Assembly (NCBI GenBank): GCA_043797085.1 | Contig: JAZDQA010000011.1 | Span: 1-64,000 of the forward strand | Direction of reading: 5' to 3' | Origin: Pseudomonadota bacterium | GTDB lineage: Bacteria; Campylobacterota; Campylobacteria; Campylobacterales; Sulfurimonadaceae | Length of the DNA: 64,000 bases | Part shown: positions 1 to 11,728 of the stretch, piece by piece | Layout of the letters: every line of letters begins with the position of its first letter | Position numbering within the stretch: the stretch's first letter is position 1 | Position numbers and translations under genes: made by a program | Notes under the pieces: generated by a model | Databases searched by the model: none | The model's input: only the letters and a program-made list of their open reading frames with translations | What the model was told of the DNA's origin: nothing

Positions 1-140
1 ATGGACAATGCCAATCCGAAACTGGAGCTTGACGATCTCTCAGCTCAGTATCCATTTCGAGGGACGACTCGATAGCGCTTTAAATTTATGATACAATTTT
101 AGGAACTACTAGATGCTGACACAGAATTCTGAACAGTCCC
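1..140 (+). mobile_element. Right end of an IS256-family insertion sequence
   Basis: Transposase tail followed by ACACAGAATTCTGAACAGTCCC (119-140), which resembles IS256 terminal inverted repeats. Similarity of the neighbouring gene stops exactly here. Confidence 0.8.
2..91 (+). CDS. IS256-family transposase, C-terminal fragment (5' part lies outside the window)
   Basis: Frame from base 2 reads WTMPIRNWSLTISQLSIHFEGRLDSALNL*, the characteristic IS256 transposase C-terminus. Not in the ORF track. Confidence 0.88.
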   Translation, partial: WTMPIRNWSLTISQLSIHFEGRLDSALNL

Positions 141-312
141 ACTTGTCTTCCCAAACGCCGAATAAAAGAGAATGTTTATCATACTCATCGTATTCGATTC
201 GTTGACCATCTTCTCTCGGCGCTAAAAAATTAAACTCTTCCACAAAAATATCATACCGTTGCCGGAGTATAGCCGTTTGTTCGCTTGCCGTTGAAGCCAT
301 ACTGCATTTCAC
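141..312 (-). pseudogene. IS-interrupted GNAT/FeeM-like (autoinducer-synthase fold) N-acyltransferase, 5' fragment
   Basis: RQRYDIFVEE...IEYDEYDKHS matches the R-x-x-(V/I)-F..E-x-D-x-Y-D N-terminal motif. After GVWEDK the frame reads into the IS end and stops. Confidence 0.7.
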
Positions 313-448
313 TAATTCTATCCTTTTTTATTATTATGTACTTAAAAACATTGAATAATGTATTATAGGATAAAATTACATTACTTGTAAATATAATTCA
401 GTTTTTTCTAATATTTTATAAATAATAATAGCCTAGTAAGGATTATTC

Positions 449-2368
449 ATGATGTATCTTTCTAAAACCCGTCTTTCTTATAAAATTGTAGGATCGTTAA
501 TATTGATTTTCTTGCTAATTTTTTTAACGCTTGGGGTAGTTGTCAGGATAGTTTTTGAAAATACAACTTTAGTTTCGGAAAAACAAAAGGCTGATTTACT
601 ATTACGAACAATTGAGAAACCGCTTCAAATTACTCTCTATTTAAAGTTTTACGATCAGATTGCGGATAAAGTTTCCTCTGTCGTATCGGTTCCTGATGTA
701 ACGGAGCTTTCGGTTCGTGATAATAACGGAAAGATATTGTACCATTACTCTAACAGTAAAAAAATGTTGGCATCCCAACATGAAGCAATTAGTATTTTTC
801 ATCCGATTAAGGAACCGACATCCGGGAGGATGATAGGATCGATTAGCTTGCGTTACAGTGATTTGACCTATAATGAGACGCGTCAATCAATACGTAAGAT
901 TGTGTACGGTTTTGGAGTGAGTATAGCGCTGCTTTTTTTCGTTGCGGTATGGTGGGTCCGTTATCTTCTTTCTCCTTTGACTAAGATTGCCCAAAAAGTC
1001 CATTATTATAAACCCGGTGATCGTATGGTGTTTGAGGAGGATGGCAGTATGGAGATTGAACAAATCGTTACGGCATTCAATACAATGCAAGAGACGACTC
1101 ATATTTATCTGGAAAAAATTGAAACAATGAATACCTCTCTTGAAATTGCGGTCAATGTAAAAACCCATGAGTTGGAAGATCAATATTATCTTGATCGTTT
1201 GACAGGGTTACCTAACCGTTACAGACTGCAAGAAAAATTGCTTCAAGGCGAAGTTACCGCGCTAGCGATAGTCAATATTGATGATTTCAAGGAAGTTAAT
1301 GACTTTTTCGGAATTTCCATTGGTGATGAAATGCTGGTGCAGGTTGGTTCATGGCTCAATGAACTCTCAAGTACATGTTATCGTTTAGGGAGTGATGAAT
1401 TTGCTTTAACGTTCTCTAATGAACTTGATCAAGCTGAGGTAGAACGTCGTTTACTCATGCTCATCAAACTATTAGATGAGAAGACCTTTATGGTAAAGGA
1501 AGAGACTCTGAATATTAGAGTCACTATCGGTGTTGCTCTGGGAAGTGAAAAAGTGTTGACACGTGCTGATATTGCTTTGCATCATGCCAAAGATAATAAT
1601 AAACAGATTGCTTTTTACAATCAAGACGAAGGAGTTGAAGAACACTATCGTGCAAATTTGACAATGGCTTCTCGTGTTCGAAGAGCACTTTTTGATCGCC
1701 GTATTATCTGTTATTATCAGCCGATTACCAATCTGAAAACAGGTGCCGTAGACAAATACGAAACGCTGGTTCGAATGATAGATGAAGAGGGTAATATTGT
1801 CCCGCCGATGGAATTTTTACCCATCGCAAAAAAAACAAAACTCTATCCGCAAATTACCCTAGAAGTGGTCTATCAAGCCTGTACCCTTTTTGCTACTCGT
1901 CAAGAGGAATTTTCTATCAATCTGTCCGATAGTGATATACGCAATCCATATACAGTAAGTGAGATTATTAAAACAATTAATAAAACGGGTACCGCATCTA
2001 GAGTTGTATTTGAGATTTTGGAATCAGAAGGAATCGAGAGTTATGACGAAGTGACACAGTTCATTACGCAGGTAAAAGCATTAGGGGCTAAAATAGCTAT
2101 TGATGATTTCGGGACGGGGTATTCTAATTTTGAAAATATCCTAAAATTGAATGTCGATTATATCAAGATAGACGGTTCTCTGATACGAGAGATTACCGGT
2201 AACCAGCGTCATCACATTATTGTTGAAACTATTGTCGATTTTGCGCAAAAAATAGGTGCCAAGACTATTGCGGAGTTTGTTAGTGATAAGGACATCTATA
2301 ACACGCTCAAAGAAATCGGTGTGGATTATTCTCAAGGCTACTTCACCGGTAAACCGGCATCACTGTAA
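449..2368 (+). CDS. Membrane-bound HAMP-GGDEF(degenerate)-EAL c-di-GMP phosphodiesterase
   Basis: Two TM segments, DRLTGLPN, degenerate GSDEF, ETLVR, DDFGTGYS, IKIDGS, QGY motifs. Confidence 0.9.
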   Translation: MMYLSKTRLSYKIVGSLILIFLLIFLTLGVVVRIVFENTTLVSEKQKADLLLRTIEKPLQITLYLKFYDQIADKVSSVVSVPDVTELSVRDNNGKILYHYSNSKKMLASQHEAISIFHPIKEPTSGRMIGSISLRYSDLTYNETRQSIRKIVYGFGVSIALLFFVAVWWVRYLLSPLTKIAQKVHYYKPGDRMVFEEDGSMEIEQIVTAFNTMQETTHIYLEKIETMNTSLEIAVNVKTHELEDQYYLDRLTGLPNRYRLQEKLLQGEVTALAIVNIDDFKEVNDFFGISIGDEMLVQVGSWLNELSSTCYRLGSDEFALTFSNELDQAEVERRLLMLIKLLDEKTFMVKEETLNIRVTIGVALGSEKVLTRADIALHHAKDNNKQIAFYNQDEGVEEHYRANLTMASRVRRALFDRRIICYYQPITNLKTGAVDKYETLVRMIDEEGNIVPPMEFLPIAKKTKLYPQITLEVVYQACTLFATRQEEFSINLSDSDIRNPYTVSEIIKTINKTGTASRVVFEILESEGIESYDEVTQFITQVKALGAKIAIDDFGTGYSNFENILKLNVDYIKIDGSLIREITGNQRHHIIVETIVDFAQKIGAKTIAEFVSDKDIYNTLKEIGVDYSQGYFTGKPASL

Positions 2369-2395
2369 CGCGATACAGTTTTGTAGAGAGGGATT

Positions 2396-3574
2396 TTAGC
2401 GCAGTACATGCCCTACAAATTTTGACATATTGTTCAAAATTTTGCCACCGCGACGAAATCCTAGTCCGCATGCTTCGTAGGCGAAAAATACCCCTGCTTG
2501 GTAGCTGTTTCCTTTTGCATCTTTTGGGAACTCGACATATTCTTGATAAATTGCTTTGAAGTTCCCGTAAGGACCGTCATTGGCTTCGAGAACGCTGCCT
2601 GATGCATCCAAAATCTTAATATTCGCCCCTTCACGACCAAACATACGCTTTTCAACACATTGGAGTCCCTTTAGCGGCTCATGGGATGTTTTAAGGAGAT
2701 AGGGTGACTCTGGGAAAAGGTCGCAAAGTATTTTCAGCATCCCTTTGGATTGGAAGAGTAATGTGTAGGCGGGATTGAGGATGATTGCTTTTTGATTGTT
2801 CATGATAGTCGTAAGCAAAACTGCAAGTTCATTTTCATCGATGGCAATGTCTTCCCACGGGAAAAGTTTAAACCAGTATTCGTAAGGAATTTCATTGCTG
2901 TCATAAATCCCCTCTTCGTCAAATTTTACGCCTCCAAGCGGTTCAAATCCTGTTTCAAATCCTGCATCAATCGCCATTTGCTGTAATAATCTGACCGTTT
3001 GTTCCTCTTCGGTATTTCCACTCACAGAGCTAAAAAGAATTTTCCATCCATCGTAGTGTTTTTCAAACTCACTTGGATCATCAAAGAGGGTGACAAGACG
3101 GCGAAAGTTTTCACTAATGGCTTCATATATGTTGTTAAATTGACGCTCTTCATCCATGTTGTTGTGTTTGAGAATAGCCCATTGGAGTATGGCGGTTTCA
3201 AAAAGGGAGGTTGGGGTATCGGCATTGAATTCGATGAGTTTGATGGGTTTTCCATCAATTCCTCCTGCTAAATCGAAGCGACCATAGAGGTGCCAATGGA
3301 CATCGTTGTCCCAGCTTTTTTTGATGGTATCTATGAGATTAAACGGAATTCCCAATTCAAAAAAGAGGTTGTTGTCGATAACGTGCTGTGCAGCCGTTGC
3401 GTACATATCATAAAGTTCATTGACGCATTCGTAATAGGCTTCAGCCTCATGATCCGTTACGATAACGAGTTCATCCGCAACGTATTTACTCTCGTCACTG
3501 TCAGTATGCCATGCAAAACCAATTTCTTCAAGGGTTGTGTCATTAATGGGGTTAATCGTTTGAAGTGATACCAT
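2396..3574 (-). CDS. Glutathionylspermidine synthase family protein (ATP-grasp)
   Basis: LYGRFD, IEFNADTPT, FKLFPWE, GREGAN motifs. Confidence 0.9.
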   Translation of the reverse strand: MVSLQTINPINDTTLEEIGFAWHTDSDESKYVADELVIVTDHEAEAYYECVNELYDMYATAAQHVIDNNLFFELGIPFNLIDTIKKSWDNDVHWHLYGRFDLAGGIDGKPIKLIEFNADTPTSLFETAILQWAILKHNNMDEERQFNNIYEAISENFRRLVTLFDDPSEFEKHYDGWKILFSSVSGNTEEEQTVRLLQQMAIDAGFETGFEPLGGVKFDEEGIYDSNEIPYEYWFKLFPWEDIAIDENELAVLLTTIMNNQKAIILNPAYTLLFQSKGMLKILCDLFPESPYLLKTSHEPLKGLQCVEKRMFGREGANIKILDASGSVLEANDGPYGNFKAIYQEYVEFPKDAKGNSYQAGVFFAYEACGLGFRRGGKILNNMSKFVGHVLR

Positions 3575-3576
3575 CT

Positions 3577-4152
3577 TTATCCTCCGTAACTGCTAGAAGA
3601 AGAGGTACTGCTTGCACCTTTGTTTCCAAAAAAGCTTTTTTTACCTGAGTTAGTTGAGGATGATCCGCCGGCTGCAGATTTATGATATGCCGAGCGATTG
3701 GAGACATCTTGGTGTCTTTGAACATTTTTATTATTCATCAACGCATTTCCAATCATATTTCCAAGCAATGCTCCTCCAGCTGCTGCTAAAATGGTTCCGG
3801 CAAGACCCATCCCCTCGCCGTGAGGTTCGGCGTTAAGTTCGGATTTTCCTTCTTGCATTTTTTTGTACTCTTGATCCGCCATCTCTTTCATTTCGGCTTC
3901 ACTCATGACACGTTCATGCACTGTACCGTTTTCATCGGTCTCTTTGATAATTGCGCGACTAGGTCCAGTGGTTGGCATCTCTTCGATGATAACGTATTTT
4001 CCACCAGGCTGTTGTTCTACCACTAGAAATTTATTTTGTCCCTCTGCAGCTTGCTGTTCTTCTGGGGCGCTTTGGCAACCGCTTAGAGCACTTAATACGG
4101 CGATTCCTGTAGCTCCAAGCATAATGTTTTTTGCACTGATAAAATGTTTCAT
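3577..4152 (-). CDS. UPF0323 family lipoprotein
   Basis: Likely start MKHFISAK, lipobox LSGC, Gly/Ser-rich tail. Conserved upstream of Gsp-like genes in Campylobacterota. Confidence 0.8.
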   Translation of the reverse strand: MKHFISAKNIMLGATGIAVLSALSGCQSAPEEQQAAEGQNKFLVVEQQPGGKYVIIEEMPTTGPSRAIIKETDENGTVHERVMSEAEMKEMADQEYKKMQEGKSELNAEPHGEGMGLAGTILAAAGGALLGNMIGNALMNNKNVQRHQDVSNRSAYHKSAAGGSSSTNSGKKSFFGNKGASSTSSSSSYGG

Positions 4153-4162
4153 TTTTCTTTTC

Positions 4163-4591
4163 CTATCGTAATTTTTTGGATTGTGTTGCGGTGAGTCTGA
4201 AAATCTTAGAGGGGGCAGAGGAACTGAAACCTCTCGAATCTTCAATGATAGTGTCGCTATGGGCCAAGCAAAAATTTGGATCATATTCGTGACCGCTCTC
4301 ATTGGCGGAAGTAGAATAGAGCCATCCATATTTTTGAATCAAACGAGAATGGGTTGGATCACTCACATATCGGAGCGCTTGCTTTTTAATAACAAACGTC
4401 GTCTGTCGTGCATGTCGAACCCATGAGTGGTATTTAAGGGGGACTCTCACGGTGGATTTAAGCACGTTTAGTGAAGCAAAAACTTTTAAAAAAGGTTTTC
4501 CCTCTTCTCGCCCTTTGAGTCGCGCGAGTGTTGAGCTATCTTGTGAGAGGAAACCGACGGTCGTATCGGTTTGGGCAAGGATGATTGGCAT
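4163..4591 (-). CDS. Sua5/YciO/YrdC-like protein
   Basis: AQTDTTVG, LKGR..KP, YSTSANESG motifs. Confidence 0.8.
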   Translation of the reverse strand: MPIILAQTDTTVGFLSQDSSTLARLKGREEGKPFLKVFASLNVLKSTVRVPLKYHSWVRHARQTTFVIKKQALRYVSDPTHSRLIQKYGWLYSTSANESGHEYDPNFCLAHSDTIIEDSRGFSSSAPSKIFRLTATQSKKLR

Positions 4592-4592
4592 T

Positions 4593-7500
4593 TTAGCGTA
4601 CCAAAAAATCCTGAAGAGCATGTGGTTTCATCCAGCTGTCATCACCCATATAAGTCATCGCTTCGATCGCTGCTCGTGCTGCACTGAGGGTTGTGAAATA
4701 AGGGATTCCCATACGCAATACTACTTGACGAATCTGTTCGGCATCTTTTTTGGATGTTTTATTGTCAGAGGTGTTGATGGCAAGAGAAACATCACCGTTT
4801 TTCATCATGTCTTCGATATTCGGACGACCCTCTGAGATTTTTAAAACGACTTCGCACGGGATTCCGGCAGCTTCAATGATTTTTTGAGTACCGCGCGTAG
4901 CAACCAGTTTAAATCCTTGGTTATGAAGACCGCGCGCGATTTCAGGTGCATGCATTTTATCCGTTTCGATAAAGGAGAGGAAACACGTACCCGCTGTCGG
5001 GATTTTATTTCCTGCCGCAAGTTGGCTTTTGGCAAAACTTATCCCAAAGTTCTCACTGATACCCATGACTTCCCCCGTTGATTTCATCTCAGGAGAGAGT
5101 ACCAAATCCGCGCCATAAAGTTTGTTGAACGGGAATACTGCCTCTTTAATAGCAACGTGCCCTTTAAGACGAGGTTTTAGAAGACCATTTTCTTCCATGA
5201 CAACGTTGTAATTGTCATAAAATTTCAGAGCATTTCGAAGTGTATCTCCTACCATAACGCGTGTTGCAACTTTCGCAAGAGGCATACCGGTCGCTTTTGA
5301 TACAAAAGGGACTGTACGTGATGCACGCGGGTTGACTTCGATGATGTAAACTTCATTTTGAAAGATTGCGTATTGGATATTGAGCAGTCCAATAACGCCA
5401 AGTCCCAATGCGATTTTTTTGGTTTGTTGTTCCACTTGCGCTTGATGGTCGGCACTGAGACTCACGGGCGGAAGAGAACATGCGCTGTCTCCTGAGTGAA
5501 TTCCTGCTTCTTCAATGTGCTGCATGACAGAGCCGATATAGACATCGGTTCCATCGGTAATCGCATCGACATCAAGTTCAACCGCTTGATCCAAGAATTT
5601 GTCAACCAAGACGGGAGAATCATTGCTCACCGATACGGCAACGTCCATGTAGGTACGAAGCTCGTCTTCATTGTAGACGATACGCATAGCCCGTCCACCC
5701 AAAACATACGAAGGACGCACAAGAACTGGATAACCAAGCTCTTCAGCCACTTTAAATGCCTGCTCTTTTGTCATAGCGATACCGTTTTCAGGCTGCTTGA
5801 GTCCTTGCTCGACAACGAACGCGGAGAATTTTTCACGGTTTTCAGCCAAATCAATCACTTCTGCTGAAGTACCTGCAATCACCGCTCCTATATTGTGGAG
5901 TGCATTGGCAAGCTTGAGAGGAGTTTGACCTCCGAAATGGACGATAATACCGTTAGGCTGCTCACGTTCAACGACAGCACGAACGTGTTCAAAATCGATA
6001 GGCTCGAAATAAAGTACATCAGACGTATCGTAGTCAGTTGAAACCGTTTCAGGATTACAGTTGTACATGATGGTTTCAATTCCCATCTCTTTAAGAGCAA
6101 ATGCGGCATGAACACAACAGTAGTCAAATTCGATTCCCTGTCCGATACGGTTTGGTCCACCGCCTAAAATCATTACTTTTTTCTTGTCACTAGCTCGAGG
6201 CTCTTGGGTACCTAAACGGGTAATATTGGTCGTTGAATACAGATATGGGGTTAAGGCGCCAAATTCTGCTGCACAGGTGTCAACCTCGTTGTATTCATGC
6301 GCAATTGCCAGGGCTTTACGTGCCGTATAAACATCATCTTCTTTGGTGATTTTATCATTAAGGGTGATGAGGCGTGCAATATTTTTATCTGAGAACCCTT
6401 CGGTTTTAAGAGTACGAAGTTGTGGCTCATCGGTAAGTGTTTTAGACGTAATACGAGATTCTTGAGCGATGATCTCTTCGATTTGTGTTAAAAACCATGG
6501 ATCGATTTTTGAAAGTTCAAAAATATCGCTATGGCTAAGACCCATACGGAAACCTTGGGCAACGTAGAGAATACGCTCTGCATTGGGACGGCGGATTTCA
6601 TGTTTGACAAATTCTAAATCACCATCGATCGGATCAAAACCGCATAATCCTGTTTCCAGAGAACAGAGCGCTTTTTGAATGGATTCTTTGAAAGTACGAC
6701 CGATTGCCATTACTTCCCCGACCGATTTCATACTCGTTGTCAGTGTTGATTCAGCTTCTGGGAATTTTTCAAAGGTAAAGCGAGGAATTTTGGTAACGAT
6801 GTAATCGATAACCGGCTCAAATGCTGCCGGAGTACCGGTGATATCGTTGGTGATTTCATCGAGAGTAAATCCTACAGCGAGTAGTGTTGCTACTTTGGCG
6901 ATAGGATAGCCTGTTGCTTTAGATGCTAATGCGGAAGAGCGAGAAACACGAGGGTTCATTTCGATGACGATCATGCGTCCGGTCGCGGGATCAACAGAAA
7001 ATTGAACGTTTGATCCGCCGGTATCAACCCCGATTTCACGTAAAATAGCAAACGACGCATCACGCATACGCTGATATTCTTTGTCGGTGAGAGTAAGGGC
7101 AGGGGCTACGGTAATCGAGTCTCCGGTGTGAACACCCATCGGATCGAAATTTTCGATCGAACAAACGATGATACAGTTATCACTGCGGTCACGAATAACT
7201 TCCATCTCGTATTCTTTCCACCCAAGAAGTGACTCTTCGATCAAAATTTCAGTGATAGGAGACTCATCGAGACCACGCTGTGCTAAGAGTTTGAATTCAT
7301 CAATGTTATACGCAACACCGCTTCCTCCTCCTGCAAGGGTATAGGAAGCACGAATGATGGTAGGGAAACCAATTTCATTGGCAGCGCTGATCGCTTCTTC
7401 AATATTGTAAGCGTAACGAGAGATTGGAAGATCCATCCCAATTTTTTGCATACACTCTTTAAAGGCTTGTCGATCTTCCCCTTTTTTGATAGCACTTGGA

Positions 7501-7850
7501 TTGGCCCCGAGGAATTCAATCCCCTCTAAAAGCCCTTGCTCGTGCATAAGCATGGCGGCATTAAGCGCGGTTTGTCCACCCATGGTTGGGAGTATGGCAT
7601 CTACTTTTTCATCTTTGATGATTTGAGCAATAATTTCAGGTTTAATAGGTTCGATGTAGGTGCGATCGGCAAATTCTGGATCGGTCATAATGGTGGCGGG
7701 ATTGGAGTTGATTAGTACAACACGGTACCCTAGCTCTTTAAGAGTTTTAACCGCTTGTGTCCCAGAGTAGTCAAATTCACACGCTTGACCGATGACGATT
7801 GGACCTGATCCAATGAGAAGTATCGTTTTAATGTCGTCGCGTTTTGGCAT
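4593..7850 (-). CDS. carB: Carbamoyl-phosphate synthase large subunit
   Basis: [30 protein letters not shown]; duplicated ATP-grasp domains and MGS domain. Confidence 0.98.
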   Translation of the reverse strand: MPKRDDIKTILLIGSGPIVIGQACEFDYSGTQAVKTLKELGYRVVLINSNPATIMTDPEFADRTYIEPIKPEIIAQIIKDEKVDAILPTMGGQTALNAAMLMHEQGLLEGIEFLGANPSAIKKGEDRQAFKECMQKIGMDLPISRYAYNIEEAISAANEIGFPTIIRASYTLAGGGSGVAYNIDEFKLLAQRGLDESPITEILIEESLLGWKEYEMEVIRDRSDNCIIVCSIENFDPMGVHTGDSITVAPALTLTDKEYQRMRDASFAILREIGVDTGGSNVQFSVDPATGRMIVIEMNPRVSRSSALASKATGYPIAKVATLLAVGFTLDEITNDITGTPAAFEPVIDYIVTKIPRFTFEKFPEAESTLTTSMKSVGEVMAIGRTFKESIQKALCSLETGLCGFDPIDGDLEFVKHEIRRPNAERILYVAQGFRMGLSHSDIFELSKIDPWFLTQIEEIIAQESRITSKTLTDEPQLRTLKTEGFSDKNIARLITLNDKITKEDDVYTARKALAIAHEYNEVDTCAAEFGALTPYLYSTTNITRLGTQEPRASDKKKVMILGGGPNRIGQGIEFDYCCVHAAFALKEMGIETIMYNCNPETVSTDYDTSDVLYFEPIDFEHVRAVVEREQPNGIIVHFGGQTPLKLANALHNIGAVIAGTSAEVIDLAENREKFSAFVVEQGLKQPENGIAMTKEQAFKVAEELGYPVLVRPSYVLGGRAMRIVYNEDELRTYMDVAVSVSNDSPVLVDKFLDQAVELDVDAITDGTDVYIGSVMQHIEEAGIHSGDSACSLPPVSLSADHQAQVEQQTKKIALGLGVIGLLNIQYAIFQNEVYIIEVNPRASRTVPFVSKATGMPLAKVATRVMVGDTLRNALKFYDNYNVVMEENGLLKPRLKGHVAIKEAVFPFNKLYGADLVLSPEMKSTGEVMGISENFGISFAKSQLAAGNKIPTAGTCFLSFIETDKMHAPEIARGLHNQGFKLVATRGTQKIIEAAGIPCEVVLKISEGRPNIEDMMKNGDVSLAINTSDNKTSKKDAEQIRQVVLRMGIPYFTTLSAARAAIEAMTYMGDDSWMKPHALQDFLVR

Positions 7851-7908
7851 GCTTACCCTTTTGTCAGAAAAATTTGTCAATTATAGGGTAAAAGCACTTA
7901 AAACCTGA

Positions 7909-8670
7909 TTATTTCACCTTGGTTATGACGTGAAAATAGGAGGGGTTTTTAGCATAAAAATAGGGTTCAACGACAGCGCTTTGGTAACCGCTTGCTTTTG
8001 AGATGGAGATTACTTTTCCTACCTTAAGTCCTGAGAAAAAAATTTGATCCAGTCCAGAGGTAACGATTTCATCTCCAACATAAATAGGGACCCATGTAGG
8101 GATAAATTCAACAACAAGTCGACGCTCATTATTACCTCGAACAATCCCCGGAGCTTGTGAATTGCCTACTGAAACGGCATAAGAACTTTTGATATCTCCA
8201 TTAAGCAGTGCCATAGGAGTACGATTTTTAGAGACAACAATACCGGCAACATACCCTCGATAGATTAACCCATAAACGCGAGCAGGATCAAAATGGTCCA
8301 TTTCAAGCCATAATTTATGAGGATCACCCATACGTACGTAGGAAATAGTGCGTACCAGTTCAACGTCCGGAAGTGCTTTGATGGAACTGTTTTGCAGTTT
8401 CAATAAATTTTGGTATTCATTTGCTACTTCGTGAAGGGTTAAAAGTTCACGTTCATAATAGCGGTTACGCTGCTGTAGATCAGTGATCGTTTGTGCTTGA
8501 GCAAGGTGTTTGGTGAAAGAGTTTTGAATTCCCTGTATTTGATTGAGATAGGTAATTTTGATGGTTTGTGAAAGATGAATAAAAGGAGTCTGTAAAAAAG
8601 GGCTAAAATAAAGAGCCCCTCCCACACACGCAAGAAGGAGAAACGTGAGAGAGATACGCTGTTTATTCAT
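7909..8670 (-). CDS. mreC: Rod shape-determining protein MreC
   Basis: N-terminal TM, coiled coil, GDEIVTSGLD motif; directly downstream of mreB. Confidence 0.9.
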   Translation of the reverse strand: MNKQRISLTFLLLACVGGALYFSPFLQTPFIHLSQTIKITYLNQIQGIQNSFTKHLAQAQTITDLQQRNRYYERELLTLHEVANEYQNLLKLQNSSIKALPDVELVRTISYVRMGDPHKLWLEMDHFDPARVYGLIYRGYVAGIVVSKNRTPMALLNGDIKSSYAVSVGNSQAPGIVRGNNERRLVVEFIPTWVPIYVGDEIVTSGLDQIFFSGLKVGKVISISKASGYQSAVVEPYFYAKNPSYFHVITKVK

Positions 8671-9700
8671 TATCAAAAAGTTCGTGAAGTTGATCGATCT
8701 CTTCGAGTGCACGACCAGTACCGCGTGCTACACATAGTAATGGCTCGTCTGCAACATAAACGGGAATTTTAATGGTTTCAGAGAGGTATTTGTCCAGTTG
8801 TCGAATTAATCCTCCGCCACCGGTCAAGATAACACCGTTGTTAACAATATCGCCCGCCAAATCAGGTGGCATATTTTCTAATACATCACGCAATGCTTCG
8901 AGAATCTCTTTGAGAGGCTCACGCATCGCTTCGCGAGCATCTTCACTGGAAAGTTCAAGTGAGGTTAGTAAGCCTTCTACTTGATCACGACCGTTGATAA
9001 TCATTTTTAGTTCTTGAGCCAAAGGCATTGCAGTACCGATATTGATTTTGATGTCCTCCGCGATACGTTCACCGATAAGGAGATTGTATTTACGTTTGAC
9101 ATAATCCATGATAGCGCGGTCGATTTTGTCTCCGGCAACACGAATAGAGCGGCACAGTACCAATCCGCCCAACGAGATAACACCGATTTCCGTTGTTCCG
9201 CCGCCGATGTCAACGATGACATTTCCCTTAGGTTCACGAATATCAATTCCGGCACCGATAGCGGCAGCCATCGGTTCATCGATCAGATATACTTCACGTG
9301 CACCTGCACTCATTGCCGATTCACGTACTGCTTTACGTTCCACTTGTGTTAATCCGTAAGGAATACAAATAATGATACGCGGGCTGATAAGGTTTCGTCG
9401 TCCGTGTGCTTTTTCAATAAATCGGCGAATCATTTTTTCGGTCATATCGAAATCTGCGATTACTCCGTCTTTCATTGGACGGATGGCTTTGATATTCCCC
9501 GGTGTTTTTCCAACCATTTCTTTGGCTTCACGCCCTACTGCGAGGACTCTTTGTTGACCATATTTTTCTGTTTTAACCGCAACAACGGAAGGTTCATTGA
9601 TAACAATACCTTTTCCCTTAACAATTACAAGGGTGTTTGCGGTGCCTAAGTCAATGGCAAGGTCGTTTGAAAAGAGTCCGATAAGTTTATTAAATAGCAT
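8663..9700 (-). CDS. mreB: Rod shape-determining protein MreB
   Basis: DLAIDLGTANT, VDIGGGTTE, LTGGG actin-like motifs. Confidence 0.98.
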   Translation of the reverse strand: MLFNKLIGLFSNDLAIDLGTANTLVIVKGKGIVINEPSVVAVKTEKYGQQRVLAVGREAKEMVGKTPGNIKAIRPMKDGVIADFDMTEKMIRRFIEKAHGRRNLISPRIIICIPYGLTQVERKAVRESAMSAGAREVYLIDEPMAAAIGAGIDIREPKGNVIVDIGGGTTEIGVISLGGLVLCRSIRVAGDKIDRAIMDYVKRKYNLLIGERIAEDIKINIGTAMPLAQELKMIINGRDQVEGLLTSLELSSEDAREAMREPLKEILEALRDVLENMPPDLAGDIVNNGVILTGGGGLIRQLDKYLSETIKIPVYVADEPLLCVARGTGRALEEIDQLHELFDNE

Positions 9701-9709
9701 TATTGTGTC

Positions 9710-10942
9710 CTATGCGCTTTTTTGCGACGTTTTTTTGAGGTAAACGGGTAGAGATGCTTCATCAACTACTTCTTTAGTAATGATCACTTCGTATCCGCTG
9801 TATTCTGGAAGCTCATACATGATTTCACCCATGATTTCTTCTAAGATTGCACGAAGACCGCGTGCTCCTGTTTTACGGGTAAGCGCTTTGGCTGCAATGG
9901 CATTTAATGCCTCTTTTTCAAAAGTGAGCTCAACATCATCAATGGCAAAAAGTTTGATGTATTGTTTTGCAAGACAGTTTTTTGGCTCAGTGAGAATACG
10001 TACCATCTCGTCTTCTGTGATTTTATTCAAGGATGCAATAATCGGAAGACGTCCGATAAGTTCAGGAATAAGACCATAGTTGACCAAATCATCGGGTTCA
10101 ACATTTTCAAAACTATCATCACCCTCAGCGGAATTACGTTTTTCATGACCGAAGCCCATAACGTTTTTACCTTTTTTACGCTCTAAAATCTGACCTAATC
10201 CATCAAAAGCTCCGCCACAGATAAAGAGGATTCCAGAGGTGTCGATTTGGATAAAATCTTGATTTGGGTGCTTGCGTCCCCCTTTTGGAGGGATGTTGAC
10301 GATAGCGCCTTCAATGATTTTAAGAAGTGCTTGCTGCACCCCTTCGCCTGAGACGTCACGGGTGATAGAACGGTTTTCGCTCATACGGGAAATTTTGTCA
10401 ATTTCATCGATAAAGACAATTCCCTGTTGAGCGCGTTCAATATCACCATCGGCAGCTTGAAGAAGTTTGGTAAGGATGTTTTCAACATCTTCTCCTACAT
10501 ATCCAGCTTCTGTAAGACTGGTTGCATCGGCAATAGCGATAGGTACATTGAGAACACGTGCGATGGTTTGTGCCATCAATGTTTTACCGCTTCCGGTAGG
10601 TCCGATGAGCAGGACATTGGATTTGGCAATTTCCGTATCATCATCTACATTATGATGTTTGAAAATTCGTTTGTAGTGATTGTAAACAGCAACGGATAGA
10701 AGTTTGCGGGCACGCTCTTGCCCGATAATGTATTGACCTAGAAAAGTATTGAGTTCTTTTGGAGTCAACAATTCAGTATTTAAATGTTCTCGTACAGCGG
10801 AAGAATCATTGCTGTTCTCTCCAAACATAATTTTATAGGCGGAAAACACACAATTTTTGCAAATGTAAACATTGTTACCGGCAATAAGTGGGTTTTGATC
10901 GCTTTCTTGTGCTTCACAGAAGCTGCAATGACGGTGTATCAT
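9710..10942 (-). CDS. clpX: ATP-dependent Clp protease ATP-binding subunit ClpX
   Basis: CSFC zinc finger, [28 protein letters not shown]. Confidence 0.98.
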   Translation of the reverse strand: MIHRHCSFCEAQESDQNPLIAGNNVYICKNCVFSAYKIMFGENSNDSSAVREHLNTELLTPKELNTFLGQYIIGQERARKLLSVAVYNHYKRIFKHHNVDDDTEIAKSNVLLIGPTGSGKTLMAQTIARVLNVPIAIADATSLTEAGYVGEDVENILTKLLQAADGDIERAQQGIVFIDEIDKISRMSENRSITRDVSGEGVQQALLKIIEGAIVNIPPKGGRKHPNQDFIQIDTSGILFICGGAFDGLGQILERKKGKNVMGFGHEKRNSAEGDDSFENVEPDDLVNYGLIPELIGRLPIIASLNKITEDEMVRILTEPKNCLAKQYIKLFAIDDVELTFEKEALNAIAAKALTRKTGARGLRAILEEIMGEIMYELPEYSGYEVIITKEVVDEASLPVYLKKTSQKSA

Positions 10943-11724
10943 GATTCTTTCCTTTCGAAGGGGATGCCCCGTTTGGTATTAATAATAAAGGTACATATAT
11001 TTTTTACATACTCACTTGACGTAGCATTTAGCAGTGCGGCTGCATTTTCTTGGAGAGGTTTCCCAGACTCAAAAAGTTCTCGATATGCCGCTCGCAGAGC
11101 ATCAATATCTTCACGCGCAACATGGCGTCGAAGACCGTTGAGATTAAGCCCTCGCAATACTGCGCGATTGCCTTCGACGAGACAATAAGGCGGTACATCT
11201 TGTGAGAGAGCCGACGCTCCGGCTATCATGGCATAATCACCAATCTTTACAAACTGATGAATCGGTGTCATACCGCCGACAACGGCGTAATTTCCCATCT
11301 CTACGTGTCCTGCAAGGGTTGCGGCATTGGCTAAAATACAGTGGTCACCGATGATAACATCGTGCCCTAAGTGAACATATCCCATGAAGAGATTATGATT
11401 GCCTACAACCGTTTTACTCCCGCCGCCTGCAGTTCCCGGATTAAAAAGGGTAAACTCACGAATGGTATTATGGTCGCCAATGATAAGTTCTACCTCTTCA
11501 CCAGCATATTTCAAATCTTGGGGAATGGAGCCCAAAACAGCGTGAGAAAAAATAGTATTGTTTTCACCAATGGTGGTTTTTCCATAAATGCAGGAACTAG
11601 CGGCAATCTTCGTCCCTTTTCCAATCGTAGATTGACCAGAGATAAAACAAAAAGGTCCGATTTCAACATCTTCTGCGATAAGAGCACCCTCTTCAATTAC
11701 TGCAAGTGGAGATATTTTACTCAT
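10939..11724 (-). CDS. lpxA: UDP-N-acetylglucosamine O-acyltransferase
   Basis: Hexapeptide repeats, PQDLKY, HLGHD, LAGHV. Confidence 0.97.
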   Translation of the reverse strand: MSKISPLAVIEEGALIAEDVEIGPFCFISGQSTIGKGTKIAASSCIYGKTTIGENNTIFSHAVLGSIPQDLKYAGEEVELIIGDHNTIREFTLFNPGTAGGGSKTVVGNHNLFMGYVHLGHDVIIGDHCILANAATLAGHVEMGNYAVVGGMTPIHQFVKIGDYAMIAGASALSQDVPPYCLVEGNRAVLRGLNLNGLRRHVAREDIDALRAAYRELFESGKPLQENAAALLNATSSEYVKNICTFIINTKRGIPFERKES

Positions 11725-11728
11725 AATG

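Noticed and set aside
109..140. C-terminus WDCSEFCVSI of the 67-aa ORF as a Cys motif
   Set aside because: It is read-through into the IS256 terminal repeat.
4153..4329. N-terminal extension of the 250-aa lipoprotein ORF
   Set aside because: It overlaps the Sua5-like gene, and the signal peptide/lipobox starts at 4152.
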